This document shows positions 12,391-25,342 of a stretch of 64,000 bases of DNA, in pieces; the stretch's first letter is position 1; every line of letters starts with the position of its first letter. Below the pieces are notes generated by a model. The model was not told where the DNA came from. It saw only the letters and a program-made list of their open reading frames with translations, and did no database searches. The position numbers were made by a program, and so were the translations under genes. Source of the stretch: Eremomyces bilateralis CBS 781.70 (taxonomy: Eukaryota); assembly GCA_010015585.1 (NCBI GenBank), contig ML975153.1; one strand, given 5' to 3'.

Positions 12391-15300
12391 ACGATGGTAT
12401 TACCGAGTTTAGGGAAGAGTTGGGTACGGAGTAATGGCCCATTAATGGGGTGTTTGGTACCTGAGTTAAATGGTAGCGGGGCTTTAATTTTGTGTTCCCC
12501 TGTGGTGCACAGTGCAGTATGCAGTAGGTAGTGTAGCAGTAGGACTAACTATCAGTACGGTATTTACATAGTAGTTAGTCGTTGTAAAGCAAGTCGTATT
12601 ACTCCTTGTAGGAGAGGGATTTGTTATGACTTGTTGATATTTGTTGACATTTGTTGTTGTTATTGTTTTGGGGGGATGTGGACACTGGGGCGTAGGCACT
12701 GGGGCCCATGAACATTGCGGGCTCTCAGGGGGTTTTAGCGTGTCACCAAGTCAAGCACTCACCACCCAGTGGGCACCCACCCAGACGGCAGCACGCAAAA
12801 GGGGAAGCGTTTATCGTCAGCCCTGCTTGTATTCCCTACTACCTCCATCCACAATCCACTTGAACCAGGCTTGCAGGTCGGTCGAAGAATGTCAACACCG
12901 CCGCTAAGTTATGGAAACCGACCAGTTCGTCGGCTTCGTCCTAAGCATCAGATCGGACGATCCGTTCAGTTTTTGCCGTTCAGCCCTTTTCTAATGTCTT
13001 TCCTTAATCCTACCACGCGGATCGATTTTCCGATCCGCACTGCTAGAGTCAGGCACGGGAGATCCGAGGATGATTTCAGGTGCGTTCGAATTTAGATGCT
13101 AATGGCATGCACCAATGGGACCCGTCGGAGAAGTACTGCGGAGGTTTAGTGGATGACCCGCCCATCTCTCACGTCTCACGGCCAGGAGAAAGATCAGAAC
13201 GGCGCCTGCGATTGTTTCGTCCCATCCTCGTGAACCCCTGCTGGCTGGACGACGAAGAATTTCCGTCATATCTAAAAGACTGAAAAGGGTCGTAAATCGC
13301 TTTATTTCTTCCTCTGTGCTACACGCCACGGTCACGCCTCTCCTAACACCAACCGCTCAAAACACCCTCACCCGCATTTCGTCTAGTCGTCCGCCAGATA
13401 CGCTCGTTCGCAGGGGAGCCATGAGCAGCGGAAGGCAAGGCGGACCTGGAACCAATATATAGCGACACGGTTCTCCTGGGGAAGCAGGTGGATTATTCTG
13501 AGACTCGCCTACATCCATGACAATCGGCCTTTCCTATCCAACCCCCCTGGCCATGCGCAGCAATGAGCAAGCGAAATCCAGGGCTTACCTTGTTGTCCAT
13601 GTCCACCATGAGAGATTTTTTATACTTATCCGTGCCGCCCTCATGTCAGCAGCCCGATAGATTGGTCCCATCCGCACCGCTGTTCCTGATAGCTGCGACA
13701 AGGTCTCGCGGCTCCCTGAGCCTTTTGCCGCCGCGATCAGCTCGGAAACCTGGGCTCTGGCAGTTATCGAATCGTGCTGGAAAGCCGAAGCTGGAACCCT
13801 CTGGGCTTCAAAGATGGTCGCACAACCTGACCGATACTAGTCTGTGGAAGTCTGAGAAAACCCGGGTTCCGTCACGTCAAGCTCGACCAAAAGCGCCAAC
13901 CTCCAAGTTTCCAATGTCGATGCTGCATTGGATTCGGTTCGAGCGGCTTGTCATAGGATACTAGGCTCGGTGCCATACTCAGTTCGTAACGCGCCTTTAT
14001 GTACGAAAGTATGAGTTGCTGCGATGGTTGGATATAACGATGCGAGCCTGCATGTCGACACATGAACGCCCGCTCCCGCTTAACTTAGTCCTCCCAAATC
14101 GAGGCAGTCGATCAGACGATCGAGAAGTGGGGTTCTCCTTCTAGTGATTTCTAGTGATTTTGCTGGGAAAACTGGGAAATGCTCCAAATTCCGATGCAAG
14201 TCAACGTCATATACTAGTCTTACACAGGAAAGATGTCCATCCGGCGACTTTCCAAACTTAACTTCCAGGCGCATCATGTATCTATACCTACCGGCGTAGA
14301 ACCAGGACTTTTTAGAAGCCGTTCGAAGGGACCTATCACCTCAGCACGATGGCGTCTGTTGTACCTACATACTACATATGTACCACGCACTGTAGCAAGC
14401 CCTGCAAGACGGGATGGAAGTGGATCCACGATCGGACGAACTAACACCCAGAGGTCCGGTGGTCCCAGACTTCCATCGTCTCGGACTTGATCTCGGTCTC
14501 GTTTCTAAGTTTGAAGATCGTCAAGTGGTTCTCTGGATGTAGCGGAGCCCTTATCTATTTTGTGCGGCCAAGCCGTGATCCTGCATTTCGCCAGCAATGG
14601 ATATGAATTACTAATGTGCGGGCAGTCGAGCTGGCACGAACCGGTAAGAGAAGATATTAGATGATGACACAAAAAGCTACCAAAAGGCGCCTAATCAACA
14701 CCGCCCAATCAATACGGATTCCTACGATTGAGCTGCAAGCGATGATCCTCGCTAAGATGCATGCATATGAGATCCGTCCGGGATGCGATGGCTATGGACA
14801 GATTGGCAGGCAAGTGGTTTTTCTCAGCTCGTCGGTCGCAATGTTGCATGCAAGGCCGCCGATATTGGATGGCACTTTTTGGTGCCGTGATCCGTTGGAC
14901 CTCTCCATTCCAGAAGAATATTAGCGACGTCGCTGGCCCATTTTCATATCGATCACCTCATCGTTGTATATATTGAGAGCATTCGGCCCCTCTGTTCCTG
15001 TCCCAGGCTCATCGCCGTACCTGCATATAAATCTCTGTGTTATGACTCCGAGACGACGTGGATCGTCAGCACCCCTCGAATGCTGTCGATGGCCTGGTCA
15101 GATGCCCCGACTTCCTGAGACAATCCCGAAGTGGTCGCACGGGATGACAATTGAACGCATCCGAAGAGGGGAAACGCAGCAGAAGGTGGTGAATGGGCTC
15201 CAGAACGGCCGACGTCAGCCAACGGTTCGGCAGTGCAGCAAGGCGAAACACAACCCCAACCCGGCGCTTGTCTCACCAGGAGGAGGCGCTTGACTTTACC

Positions 15301-17347
15301 TCCCTACCTTTACATGACACTAACTGTAGGCGTATAGGTCAATGTTGAATTAGAGAGTCAGCAATTGGAAAGCGAGTAAGAAGCACGCTGTATGGAACGT
15401 TAAGAAATATTACTCGAATATTTCCTGGTTCAGTTATGGCAATAGAATATGTCCCCCTCACAAGAAAAGCCAGGCTTCCGGATCGTTTTCCAATCCAGCT
15501 CGCCCTCTGTAGATCACATTCGCACAACACGGTTGACGGTACGGACGGATGCATGGCATTTGCCAGTCATCAAGTAATATCAACGAGCAGGGATTGACGC
15601 TTCGGTTGGTTTTGCGCCTTTGCGGAGCAGTGAGGAGATTGACCGGATGAGGCAGGGCAAGTTACACCACGCACAGGGACGGCGACAAAGCCTCCAGCAC
15701 CTTTCTCCATGACAGGCGACAGCTGCTTTTGTGTTTCCGACGCCTGCGTTTCCTAAAACCGTCAACGGTTTTTCCAAAGGCGCCGGTTTGTTTGCTGTGG
15801 GCGGAACGGGACAGGAATCGTCGTCCCGATGGGTGCTCCACTGCTCCTTGCTCGGGTTCAGCTCCGACGAAACGGCGAAGTCTCCAATCGTGATGGATCC
15901 GAACTAAAGGAAAGATCGTGATGATGTCCGCACGCGGCACCCTAGCAGAGTAGCATGGAACCGTTCAACGGCGTCTCTACCAGTGGTTAAGTTTCAGGCT
16001 TTTAGCATTTTGAGTTTGGAACGAAGATCAGTGCTTCGATCTGGTGTTTCGGCGGATCATAAACGAGAAATGAGAAATCAGACCGGTCCGTTGCATATTT
16101 GAATCGGTAGTCATTACGCCGTAGCACTTCGGTTCCCATTGGGCGTTAGTACTTAGTACGGAGCGAATGTGAATTGTGACTTGTGTGAGTTGCGAGCCCA
16201 ATTTTCAATTCTAGGGCCGGAATGGGGCTTCGAAAAGCTTCCAGAAGCCTAAATAACGATAGGTAGAGATCGTGAGCTGTGGGCTTGTGGGATGCGGCAC
16301 TTTTTGCTTGATTGCTCCTCTTTTCCCCGCGTCGTCGATGAAACAAACCAGATCCAATCACTGATCACACCATCGATCGGCTGTGTAGTCTTGACTTGAG
16401 AGTTGAGTCCAGACTCCAGGCTCGCTGGACAGTGCACTTCAGCAACACTCAACAGTCAACACTCAGCAGGAGCCAGTTCATCAGCACTTCAATGTCTCAC
16501 TCAGGCAGAGACCCGAATGGTACATTCCCGTGATGCTGTGCTGCCTTGAGTTTCGTTGACGGCGTAAGGAACAAGTCAACAACAGAGAACAGGATCATCG
16601 ACAGTCTGAGCCAAAAATATACGCGACGATGGGTCAAGACTCAAGACCTTGCCCTATCGGTGTCCAGTGGGTCGTCTGCCATTTTTGCAGGCGTAATACG
16701 GAGTACATAATATTATTACCTCGTGGCTAGAGTCACCCAACCCGTGGATCTGCAGGGTAATTACCGTTTACCATTTGCCAAACACAACTCAATACCAAGT
16801 GATACCGACCGATTAACAGGAGATCGACGTGGATCGTGAGACATGAAGTATGTGGACTGTAGACTGTGGACTGTCAAGGGAAGGATGAGATTTTGAGAGC
16901 AGAGATTGCAACTCGCAAGTGTGTTATGTTCGTATTTGTGGACACCGGACTCATGGATGATTTGCTCAACAGTCAACAGCGTGAATTGAGAACGGAGAAA
17001 TTGATGAGAGTCAACCGCGGCGGGTGGTTGACAGTCGACAAGGATCTGGGCGCCAAAGACGCCAAAGACGCTAGAACGCGTCCAAAACCTTCAAAGAAAG
17101 AAGGCATGCGCGTGGGTTGCCGCTCTTTCCCTGTTTTGGGCTATGTTGTTGATGGAAGCTCACTGGAAAGAGCGCGTCATCCCCGGGATCATCCCGGTTT
17201 CCCGTTGTCCCGTTTTTCGCCCCAATCTTGGGTAGGAATCGCCAACCATTTTCCCGGTGGCTTGGAAGCTTGGATCGCTCCCGCCAATTATCGTTGCTAC
17301 TTCACGAGATGGTAGAGGAGAAGACGACCCGATCCGTGTGATGCTGT

Positions 17348-17409
17348 CACGTGATTCTCGAAGTCACGTGGAGACATATTGCTCCTCTGTAGTACTAGCG
17401 CCAGCCAAT
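17348..17409. promoter_or_regulatory. Two CACGTG E-boxes plus a CCAAT box upstream of GCN20
   Basis: GTCACGTG cores at 17348-17353 and 17365-17370, CCAAT at 17405-17409, followed by an AT-rich TATA-like stretch at about 17430-17450. Confidence 0.5.
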
Positions 17410-17811
17410 CACAACGCTCCTCCGCCTTCATAAGAATTATAATTTATAGAAGGCAAAACTGTTGAACGTCAGGAGAAATCTATCTCAACCACAAGGGAAT
17501 CTGTGAACCGCTCACTGCATATTCAGTGACATCTCCTATCCGACGGTGGTACAATATTTCATTGTCCTCGTCCTGTCTTACGGAAGTACCCTCTGGCCAT
17601 CCTGTCTGTGAGCAACCCTAGCGGAGTTTGCTACTAGCCAGGGTCACCATTGGACAACATCACGGGTGGAAATTTCAATATCTGTGCTCGACGCAAGGGG
17701 AAATCACAAGAAAAAGGGTTAACGACCGAACGAGATTTACTGCTCTTAAACGGTGACACTTAGACCATAAGACACGGTACCGATTAGAGCACCGTCCCCG
17801 AATCAGGAACC

Positions 17812-20232
17812 ATGGAGGCCGAAATTCAGGCCCAGATCCCCAACATTGACCCCATCCTCTCGGAATATTCGGTCGGCTACCTCCACCACGCCTCCACTGC
17901 GTTCATTTCCGAATCCGACCTCTCCGGCGAGTCTCCCTTGGATTCCGCCGCGGCGGACGTCACCGCCCTGCTGCTCTCCGCCTCCGGAGACCTGACCCAT
18001 CAAAATGAGACGGCCATCGCTCAGCTCGTGCAGAAACTCGCCGCCAGCCTCGCCGCCGAGAACGATGCCGACGGCGAAGGTGGACGACGTATCGCTCCTT
18101 CGGCGCGGAAGCTCGAGCAGGCCATCCATGTGGGCTCCCAGCGCAATATCTCATCGACGCTGGGGCTCGCTGGGGGGAACGTGGATCTGGAGTCGGCGGG
18201 GAGCCGGAAGGTCGAGTCACGGGTGGATCGCAAGAAACTCGAGAAGGCCGAACGGAAGATCCGCGCCAAGCAAGATCGGAAGGTCATGAAGAATGTCGAG
18301 TACGAGGCGTCGCGGCTACTGAACCAGCCAAGCGAAACCCAGACGTACGAGGAGTTCTTCATGGCGGTGAACCCGCTACAGCTAGGCTCGGAGAACAGCA
18401 CTAAGAGCAAGGATATCAAGATCGATGGCATCGACATCACTATCGGAGGCCTGCGGATCTTGACCGATGCCAATCTCGGCCTGGCATACGGAAGACGATA
18501 CGGTCTGGTTGGTCAGAACGGTATCGGTAAGAGTACGTTGCTTCGCGCCCTCAGCCGGCGAGAAGTTTCGATCCCAACCCATATCTCCATCTTGCATGTT
18601 GAACAAGAAATCACCGGTGACGATACGCCTGCTCTGCAGGCTGTCCTTGACGCTGATGTTTGGCGGAAGCATCTGCTGCGGGAACAGGACAAGATCTCCA
18701 CAGAGCTGTCGCAGCTTGAAGCGGAGCGGTCGACTATGGCTGATACCTCGGCGGACGCTGAAAAGCTGGATGCGCGCCGAGAAGGGCTCGATATCACCTT
18801 GGCAGATATTCACTCCAAGTTAGCTGAGATGGAGTCAGACAAGGCGGAGCCGAGAGCGGCCAGTATCCTTGCTGGTCTCGGTTTCTCCCAAGAGCGACAG
18901 CAATTCGCAACGAAGACCTTTTCAGGAGGTTGGAGAATGCGTTTGGCCCTTGCACGAGCGTTGTTCTGCGAGCCCGACCTTTTGCTCCTTGACGGTAAGT
19001 GCTAAGACGTCGCTGGATACTGCTTGATGATTTACTAATGCGGAATAGAACCGTCCAACATGTTGGATGTCCCATCGATCACGTTCCTGTCAAACTACCT
19101 GCAAGACTACCCATCCACAGTGCTTGTGGTCTCTCACGACCGCGCATTCCTCAATGAAGTTGCGACAGATATTATCCATCAGCACTCAGAGCGGCTGGAT
19201 TACTACAAAGGGGCTAATTTCGGTATGACATCCACATCTAGAAGCTGGAGACCTTGCTAACAGGCGCTTAGATTCGTTCTACGCCACCAAGGAAGAACGT
19301 CGGAAGACGGCAAAGAGGGAGTATGAGAGCCAAATGGCTGTACGAGCCCATCTTCAAGGTCAGCAATCTTCAATCCTTAATAATAATCACCCACCCCTAA
19401 TGTGTCCCCAGCCTTTATCGACAAGTTCCGCTACAACGCCGCAAAATCGTCCGAAGCCCAATCGCGCATCAAAAAGCTGGAGCGCATGCCCGTCCTTCAA
19501 GCGCCCGAGAATGAGTACACCGTCCATTTCCGCTTCCCCGAAGTGGAGAAGCTGTCCCCACCCATCATCCAGATGAGCAACGTCAGCTTCGGTTACACAC
19601 CCGACAACATTCTCCTCAGCAACGTCGACCTCGACGTTCAACTCGACTCCCGCATCGGCATCGTCGGTCCCAACGGCGCCGGTAAGACCACCGCCCTCAA
19701 ACTCCTGATCGGCGCCCTCGCCCCGTCCAAAGGCATCATTTCCCAGAACCCTCGCCTCCGCATCGGCTTCTTCGCCCAACATCATGTCGACGCCCTCGAC
19801 CTCACCACCTCGCCGGTCGGCTTCATGTCCGCCAAGTACCCCGGCAAGACCGACGAAGAGTACCGCCGCCACCTCGGTGCCTTCGGCCTCACCGGCATGA
19901 CTGGCCTCCAGAAGATGGAGTTCCTCTCTGGGGGTCAGAAGTCCCGTGTCGCGTTCGCCTGCCTCTCGCTGCAAAATCCGCACATCCTCGTGCTCGACGA
20001 GCCGAGTAATCATTTGGATATCGAGGCGATGGATGCGCTGTCGACCGCGCTGCGGAATTTCCAGGGTGGCGTGCTCATGGTTAGCCACGACGTGACGATG
20101 TTGCGGAATGTGTGCACGGCGCTGTGGGTGTGTGATAAGGGGACGATTGAACATTTCGATGGGACGGTGGAGGATTATAAGAAAAGGATTACTGCGGACG
20201 CAGACGCGGCGGGTGTGGTGCGAAAGCATTAA
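17812..20232 (+). CDS. GCN20: ABC-F family translation regulator Gcn20 (two ABC domains, no TM segments), 4 exons
   Basis: [112 protein letters not shown]. Gcn20-type N-terminal extension. Introns at about 18995-19048, 19223-19271 and 19359-19411. Confidence 0.93.
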
Positions 20233-20842
20233 CCGTCTTGGATAGATTTCAGCTGTGGGCACTGCACCGCTGGCGTACGCTCCATCCCATATAAGGGAGA
20301 AAGATACCTATAGACCTACCTAACTAAATGGAATATGGTACACACCAATCCTCTATCTTGAGAATAGAGTAGGCTTAAACAACGCAAAGATCTGGTGTTT
20401 TCGAGGCCATGGACGCAGGATGCTCCTAACTCCCATTACCTGACATCGATGTCAAAGTAGCCAAGTTCCAGTGCCATACGATTTGACTGCGTGATACCCA
20501 CAACGTGCCGAGGTACCAATTTCTGCAAACATAGGTTTATGTAGATGGAAATCCAATGAATCATCACGCATTACCGTCAATGATCATAAACCATCACACA
20601 CAAAGGCTACATGGTCAAGAAACCCCAAGAAATGGGGACACCAACAAGAGCCATGTCCGACCCCGTATCCTACCCCATGCGTAACATGCGTAACCTACTG
20701 TCGTCTCGCCGCCCACCCCCCGAATCGAACCCAACCCCAGCGTCTCCTATCAGTCTTCTGTTTCGTGGCATCTGCAGATCCATACGCGGCGATCCGGCGA
20801 TTCGTCTACTATGGTTGTGTACTCGAATGGCTGCCCCGGTTT

Positions 20843-22642
20843 CTAGCATCGGGATCTTTGCGTGGGTGGGTTCTCGGATCTTGCTCTGTGGTAGCCTACG
20901 GAGACAGAAAGAGTTAGGTCTGAAGGTTGGGTAAGAGAAGGAGTGATGGTGGCGGGGAAATAGGATGTGATTTGGGAGGGGCGGGGGAGGTTGTCCGTCT
21001 CTTCTTTAGTCGTTTCGGCTGCAGGTGAGATGGTGATCATTGGGGATACGAGAGTCTTGGGGAATTTTTTTTGAGCGGAGAAATTGGAGAGACCGAAGGA
21101 GGCATCATGGGGGAGAGGCCGGATAGGGGGTACGGATTCGATGACTTGGAAATAACGTTTACACAAAATCCTGGAGTGGCTCGATGAAAGTGGTAGAGTA
21201 AGATCTGGCATATTGGCCGGACTCAATCTCGTGTTGGGTTGAGGCTAAAGGCTCTATGCAAGGCTCTATGTTCCTTCGTGGCGGAACTCCAACACCAGGT
21301 TCTTGCCTACGATCTCGAGCGGTTCGAAAAGACAGTTGGGCAGCTCGTTTGCCCTTAGTTTCCTTTCCTCGTTGTCGTATATGATATGGATCGAGTAGAC
21401 CTACCACTGGCCACTGGCCGAAATCCATAATCATTCTTTTGATCATCTGCTGGCAATTTTATCCCTGGCACCCCTCGATGTTCATCGGTGGAGGATTGAC
21501 AGGGTTGTTGGCAAATTCAGGCAGCTGGGGTTTGATCTTCGTACGCCTTTGTTCCTTGCGACCCTTGCTGAAGTCGATTTGATCAGTCCGATATTGAACA
21601 GAGCATACTCAGATTTCCTGTGGGGTCCAAGAGGCAAGGGGTGAGTGAGGAGAACTGTCTCCAAGATAAAGGGATCAGTAGCTGTATACCCTATTTGAAC
21701 AGTTTTCTCTTGGTATAACCAAAGAATGATCGGAGAGAAGTTGAAAGACATCTTCTTCGTAGGACCTGGATTTTCCGCTTAGACGATGCATAAAAAAGCA
21801 TTATACTCCGACGGTTCTTTTTGATTGATGATCAATCCCTTCACGCAACCAGCTTGTTGTCGATGCACGTTTGATCGGCCCGGTTCCCGTCTCATGTCCC
21901 TTGCTACTCCAGTTGCTCATCAATGTTTGGAGCGAGAGCAAATGAGCTCGGCCGTTTAGTGTTCGGGCTGGGTGGGACTGTATTCAAGCTCTTTGAGAGA
22001 TTTGATACTCTCTTTGTGACGTTCTCATGCTCTTGGGAATGTCCTGTTCTTGTTCTTCGGGCGCGTGGCTCCCAGTCAATTCTCGGAGTTTCTGTGTCAG
22101 TCAGTGTTTATCCCGGCGTGATAAGGCTAAATACCTACCTCCTAATTCCAGCCTTTCTGAGCCAGATCCAGTGTTGCAAGCATTACATGGAACGTATTCT
22201 TGTACGATTAATACTTGCTCTTCTGAGGTATTGAATTCTCGGCTCTTGGAATATCTGTTTGATCTGCGATCCGAGATTGAACAGTATCAGGGGATCGATT
22301 TTGTAGTTTGCCTCTTCCTGAATCGCATCGACCGCATTCAACTTCTCATCTAACATATCCAAGCATCAGTTAGCAGTATCTTGCGTCGCGACCGAGCGTC
22401 GAAGATAGAACGACAAAGATTCGACTTGCTCGAGCGTGTCGCCGAGGATTTCGAGCACCGCGCAAAAGCATAAGATCTCATTGCCCATGCGTCTAGGCTC
22501 CTTGCCAGTTTCCCCAAGGCCGGAGGCCAGTATATATAGGATCAGTGAGAGAAACATATCGTGCTTCGAACCCTATCCTCATGTCGACGGACAAGGCTGT
22601 ATTTGAAGCCTTGAACAGTCATCCCAGTGGATTCGCAGCCAT
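20843..22642 (-). pseudogene. Degenerate gene with an N-terminal HeLo-like (fungal STAND N-terminal type) domain
   Basis: Fragments in shifting frames: MAANPLG* / LSLILYILASGLGETGKEPRRMGNEILCFCAVLEILGDTLEQ / (acceptor 22350) IKQIFQEPRIQYLRRASI / frameshift / SYKNTFHVMLATLDLAQK, then a clean GTAGGT...CTGAC...CAG intron at about 22089-22137. Stops and frameshifts are present; the 3' limit is uncertain. Confidence 0.5.
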
Positions 22643-23578
22643 GACAGAGACAGGAGCGACTATCCGCACGAGACCACACTCCTTTCCTTCTCACGTAGTT
22701 ATACTCAAACAGCGAGGGTTTCCATGAGTGGCGTTGAAGCTATCGAAGCCTTGCAGGTATCGCCGCGGTCTGACATTCAGCCAGCCATCCTTCTCTCGAA
22801 GCTTATACTCCACGTAACCAGATCGGAGTCAATATACGCCAGCAAAGGATCTCATTTGCCAACTATTTCCAATATATACTATCAAGTCAATCATTCCAGT
22901 CATATTGAACACCATCACACTTTATCTCAAGGTGGTCGATTACCTCTTACCCTTCAGCACTCCTACAACCGACCTATGATTGCATAGATGTGCAGATCAC
23001 CGAAGGTTCATTCCACTTATCAATGACAAGCCAGTGATATTTCCAATATTTCCCAGCACCCCATTAGCAATTCATTGTTCCTACCTCCAGAACTATGCTC
23101 TGGGCTCCTCCCCTGGAGAACGAGGTGAGGTTAAAGGCCACGCTAACCTTTTTGGGATTCACTGACTAGGGTGGACTTGTCGCCTGAGCGCCTTGACGCC
23201 TGATGCTTGATGCAGATGCTGATGGACAACATCTCGTGCTTTCCACAACAGACGCCTCAGTCAGTCACCTTCTGGCGCTGGTCTGGATGCTTGTTCTGTT
23301 TTCCGGCTCCTTCATTGCCTCGACTTCACCTCGGACGCCTCTGTCACAACCCAACTATCGACCTCACCTCAGAATATATCATGCGTCTCTTCATATAATT
23401 GCTTGCTACAGCTGGACGACTTTCAATTCCCTGCCTTTTCGCTCCAAGCACTTCATGCCGACGACTTAGCGCCTTGCACTGTTTATCGACCGTCCGCCCT
23501 CCTTTCCCGAATCCCCTCGTCCTACTCTCACCTGTGAATTCTCAATATCGAAATAGACCCCTGGCAACAATCGCCACC

Positions 23579-25342
23579 TTGTCGGACCCACGAGATCCCG
23601 CCCGCGGTGCTGCCGCTCCATCTTCTCCATCGCGATCCCGACCCCTATCACCATCCACATCCCCACCGCCCTCCTCTCCCTCCCCAACCGCACCGTCGAC
23701 ATCCCTCGACATCCCCACGCAAAGCCCTCCCCCGTTCTCCTCCCTCTATTTCCCCCCCGACGATTCGGACACCGACTCAAGCGACGCGCCGAACCCCCCT
23801 GCCGCCTCCGCGTTCGTTCCCGCGCCCCCAGCCTTCTTCCATCCCGCCCCGCCGTTCGAGGAATCGTCCTCCTCCGCGGTTGCCGCTTCCGCCGCGAGCG
23901 TCGTTGCCGAGACCAAGGCCGCGCTTCCACCGGACACCAAGGACGCGGTTGGCAAAGACCTTGACGACGGAGAGCCGCCGCCACCGTACAGCGAGGGAGA
24001 TAGTCCGATCGAATCGTTTACATACGTCATGGCGACTGCGGGTGGGCCAGCGAGTATAATCACGCAGGTGCAGCAGCAGTCGGCTGGAGCGCCGTTGAAT
24101 ACGTTGGGAGGTTTGTATCACTGCGGTTGAAGTTGGGCTAGGGCTGACGGACTCGGTGCATTTAGGTTCTGATGAGACGATTACGCTGGATTTGAGGTAC
24201 GCAGGAATGGACCGTGGTGACCGAGGCCGTGACTGATTGTCCGTAGAGGAACGCGGTTCACATTGTCCCGAGATGAATTACTAACGTTACCGGAATTTGT
24301 CCTTCTCTCCTTGTTCCCCAACGGGCTCCTTCCCGACGGCCACATGAACTCGTACCACGATGGAGACGTCTACCCCGTCGATGTTAGTTTCACCGCTCTT
24401 TCCCCCGAGCCGTCCGCTGCCAGCAACCCCAGCCGGCAACCGGGCGGCCTTCTAATCCCTAACGGGCTGCGGCGCCATCTGGCCGACCCGTCTTTGTATC
24501 TATCTGACATGTCTTATTCCTCCCAGTACGATCCCAGTTCCCTGCAGTATATGCTAGATTTCTTCCGGCACGTGGCACAAACTATTCCCGTCTCGGCGCC
24601 TGATGCGAACGAGCAGTCGCAGGGCCCGAATGAGGCCGTGCCTATCGAGCCAATGCAGGGTTCCGCGAGGGACATGCTGCAGGATCGCGCCGGCATCATC
24701 GTGCTGCAGGAGAATCTCGACTTCTACGCCATCCCTCCGAATCGAGACATCGAGCAGACCGAGATGATCGAGGTCAAGCGCGCCGCCGGGCGTGCGTTGT
24801 TGAGGCAAGACGGCATCTTCTCCGGCTTACGAAAAAGCGAGGAGCCGGGTTCTACGGAACAGCATTTGATCGAGATGTTGACCGCTGGGTTTGTCTTACT
24901 TCTTTCTTTCGTTGCTTTGTTGGCCCCTCATCTTCACCAACACGTTCATCTAATCCGAGGCTTCTCACGTGCTGACCCGACATCACAGCGGTTTCAACCA
25001 CGAAGACCGATGGGGCCACCGGGCCGGCGAACCCAACAAAGCGGTCGTCAGCAGCATCGCGCTCGCGCGTCTGCGCACCGACATCCGCGGCAACGACCTC
25101 GCAGGCACCAACGCGGTCAACATGGCGCAGAAGCTGCTCCTGTTCTGGCGGAAGCCGGCGCGACGATGCTGGTGGGAGGGGGTCGAGCTGGACGACGTCG
25201 AAGGTGTGGACGGCCCGCTGAAGGTGTGGATCCGGAGGGTATGGACGCTGGAGATGGTAAGTGGCGATGCCCAGCGACGTGCGGTCGAAACTCTCAATAG
25301 ACGGTATTAACGATGTGGCAGAGCGTTATCGGGTTGCGATAG
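23579..25342 (+). CDS. WHI2: Whi2 stress/growth regulator (Psr phosphatase partner, BTB-like); first AUG at 24029, probable upstream non-AUG extension
   Basis: Spliced product MATAGGPASIITQVQQ...ITLDLRGTRFTLSRDELLTLPEFVLLSLFPNGL...YDPSSLQYMLDFF...IIVLQENLDFY...KLLLFWRKPARRCWW...KVWIRRVWTLEMSVIGLR* (TAG 25340-25342), with five GT-AG introns. The start at 23579 is inferred (see findings). Confidence 0.85.

Noticed and set aside
17560..17720. GGGTGGAAATTTC resembling RNase P CR-I upstream of GCN20
   Set aside because: Imperfect match and no CR-V or P4 partner recognised; more simply promoter or 5' UTR sequence.
19387..20262. Long antisense ORFs (for example 19387-20262, 34229-35224, 63146-63823, 8514-9263)
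   Set aside because: They are shadows of GC-rich, codon-biased genes on the opposite strand and show no independent motifs.
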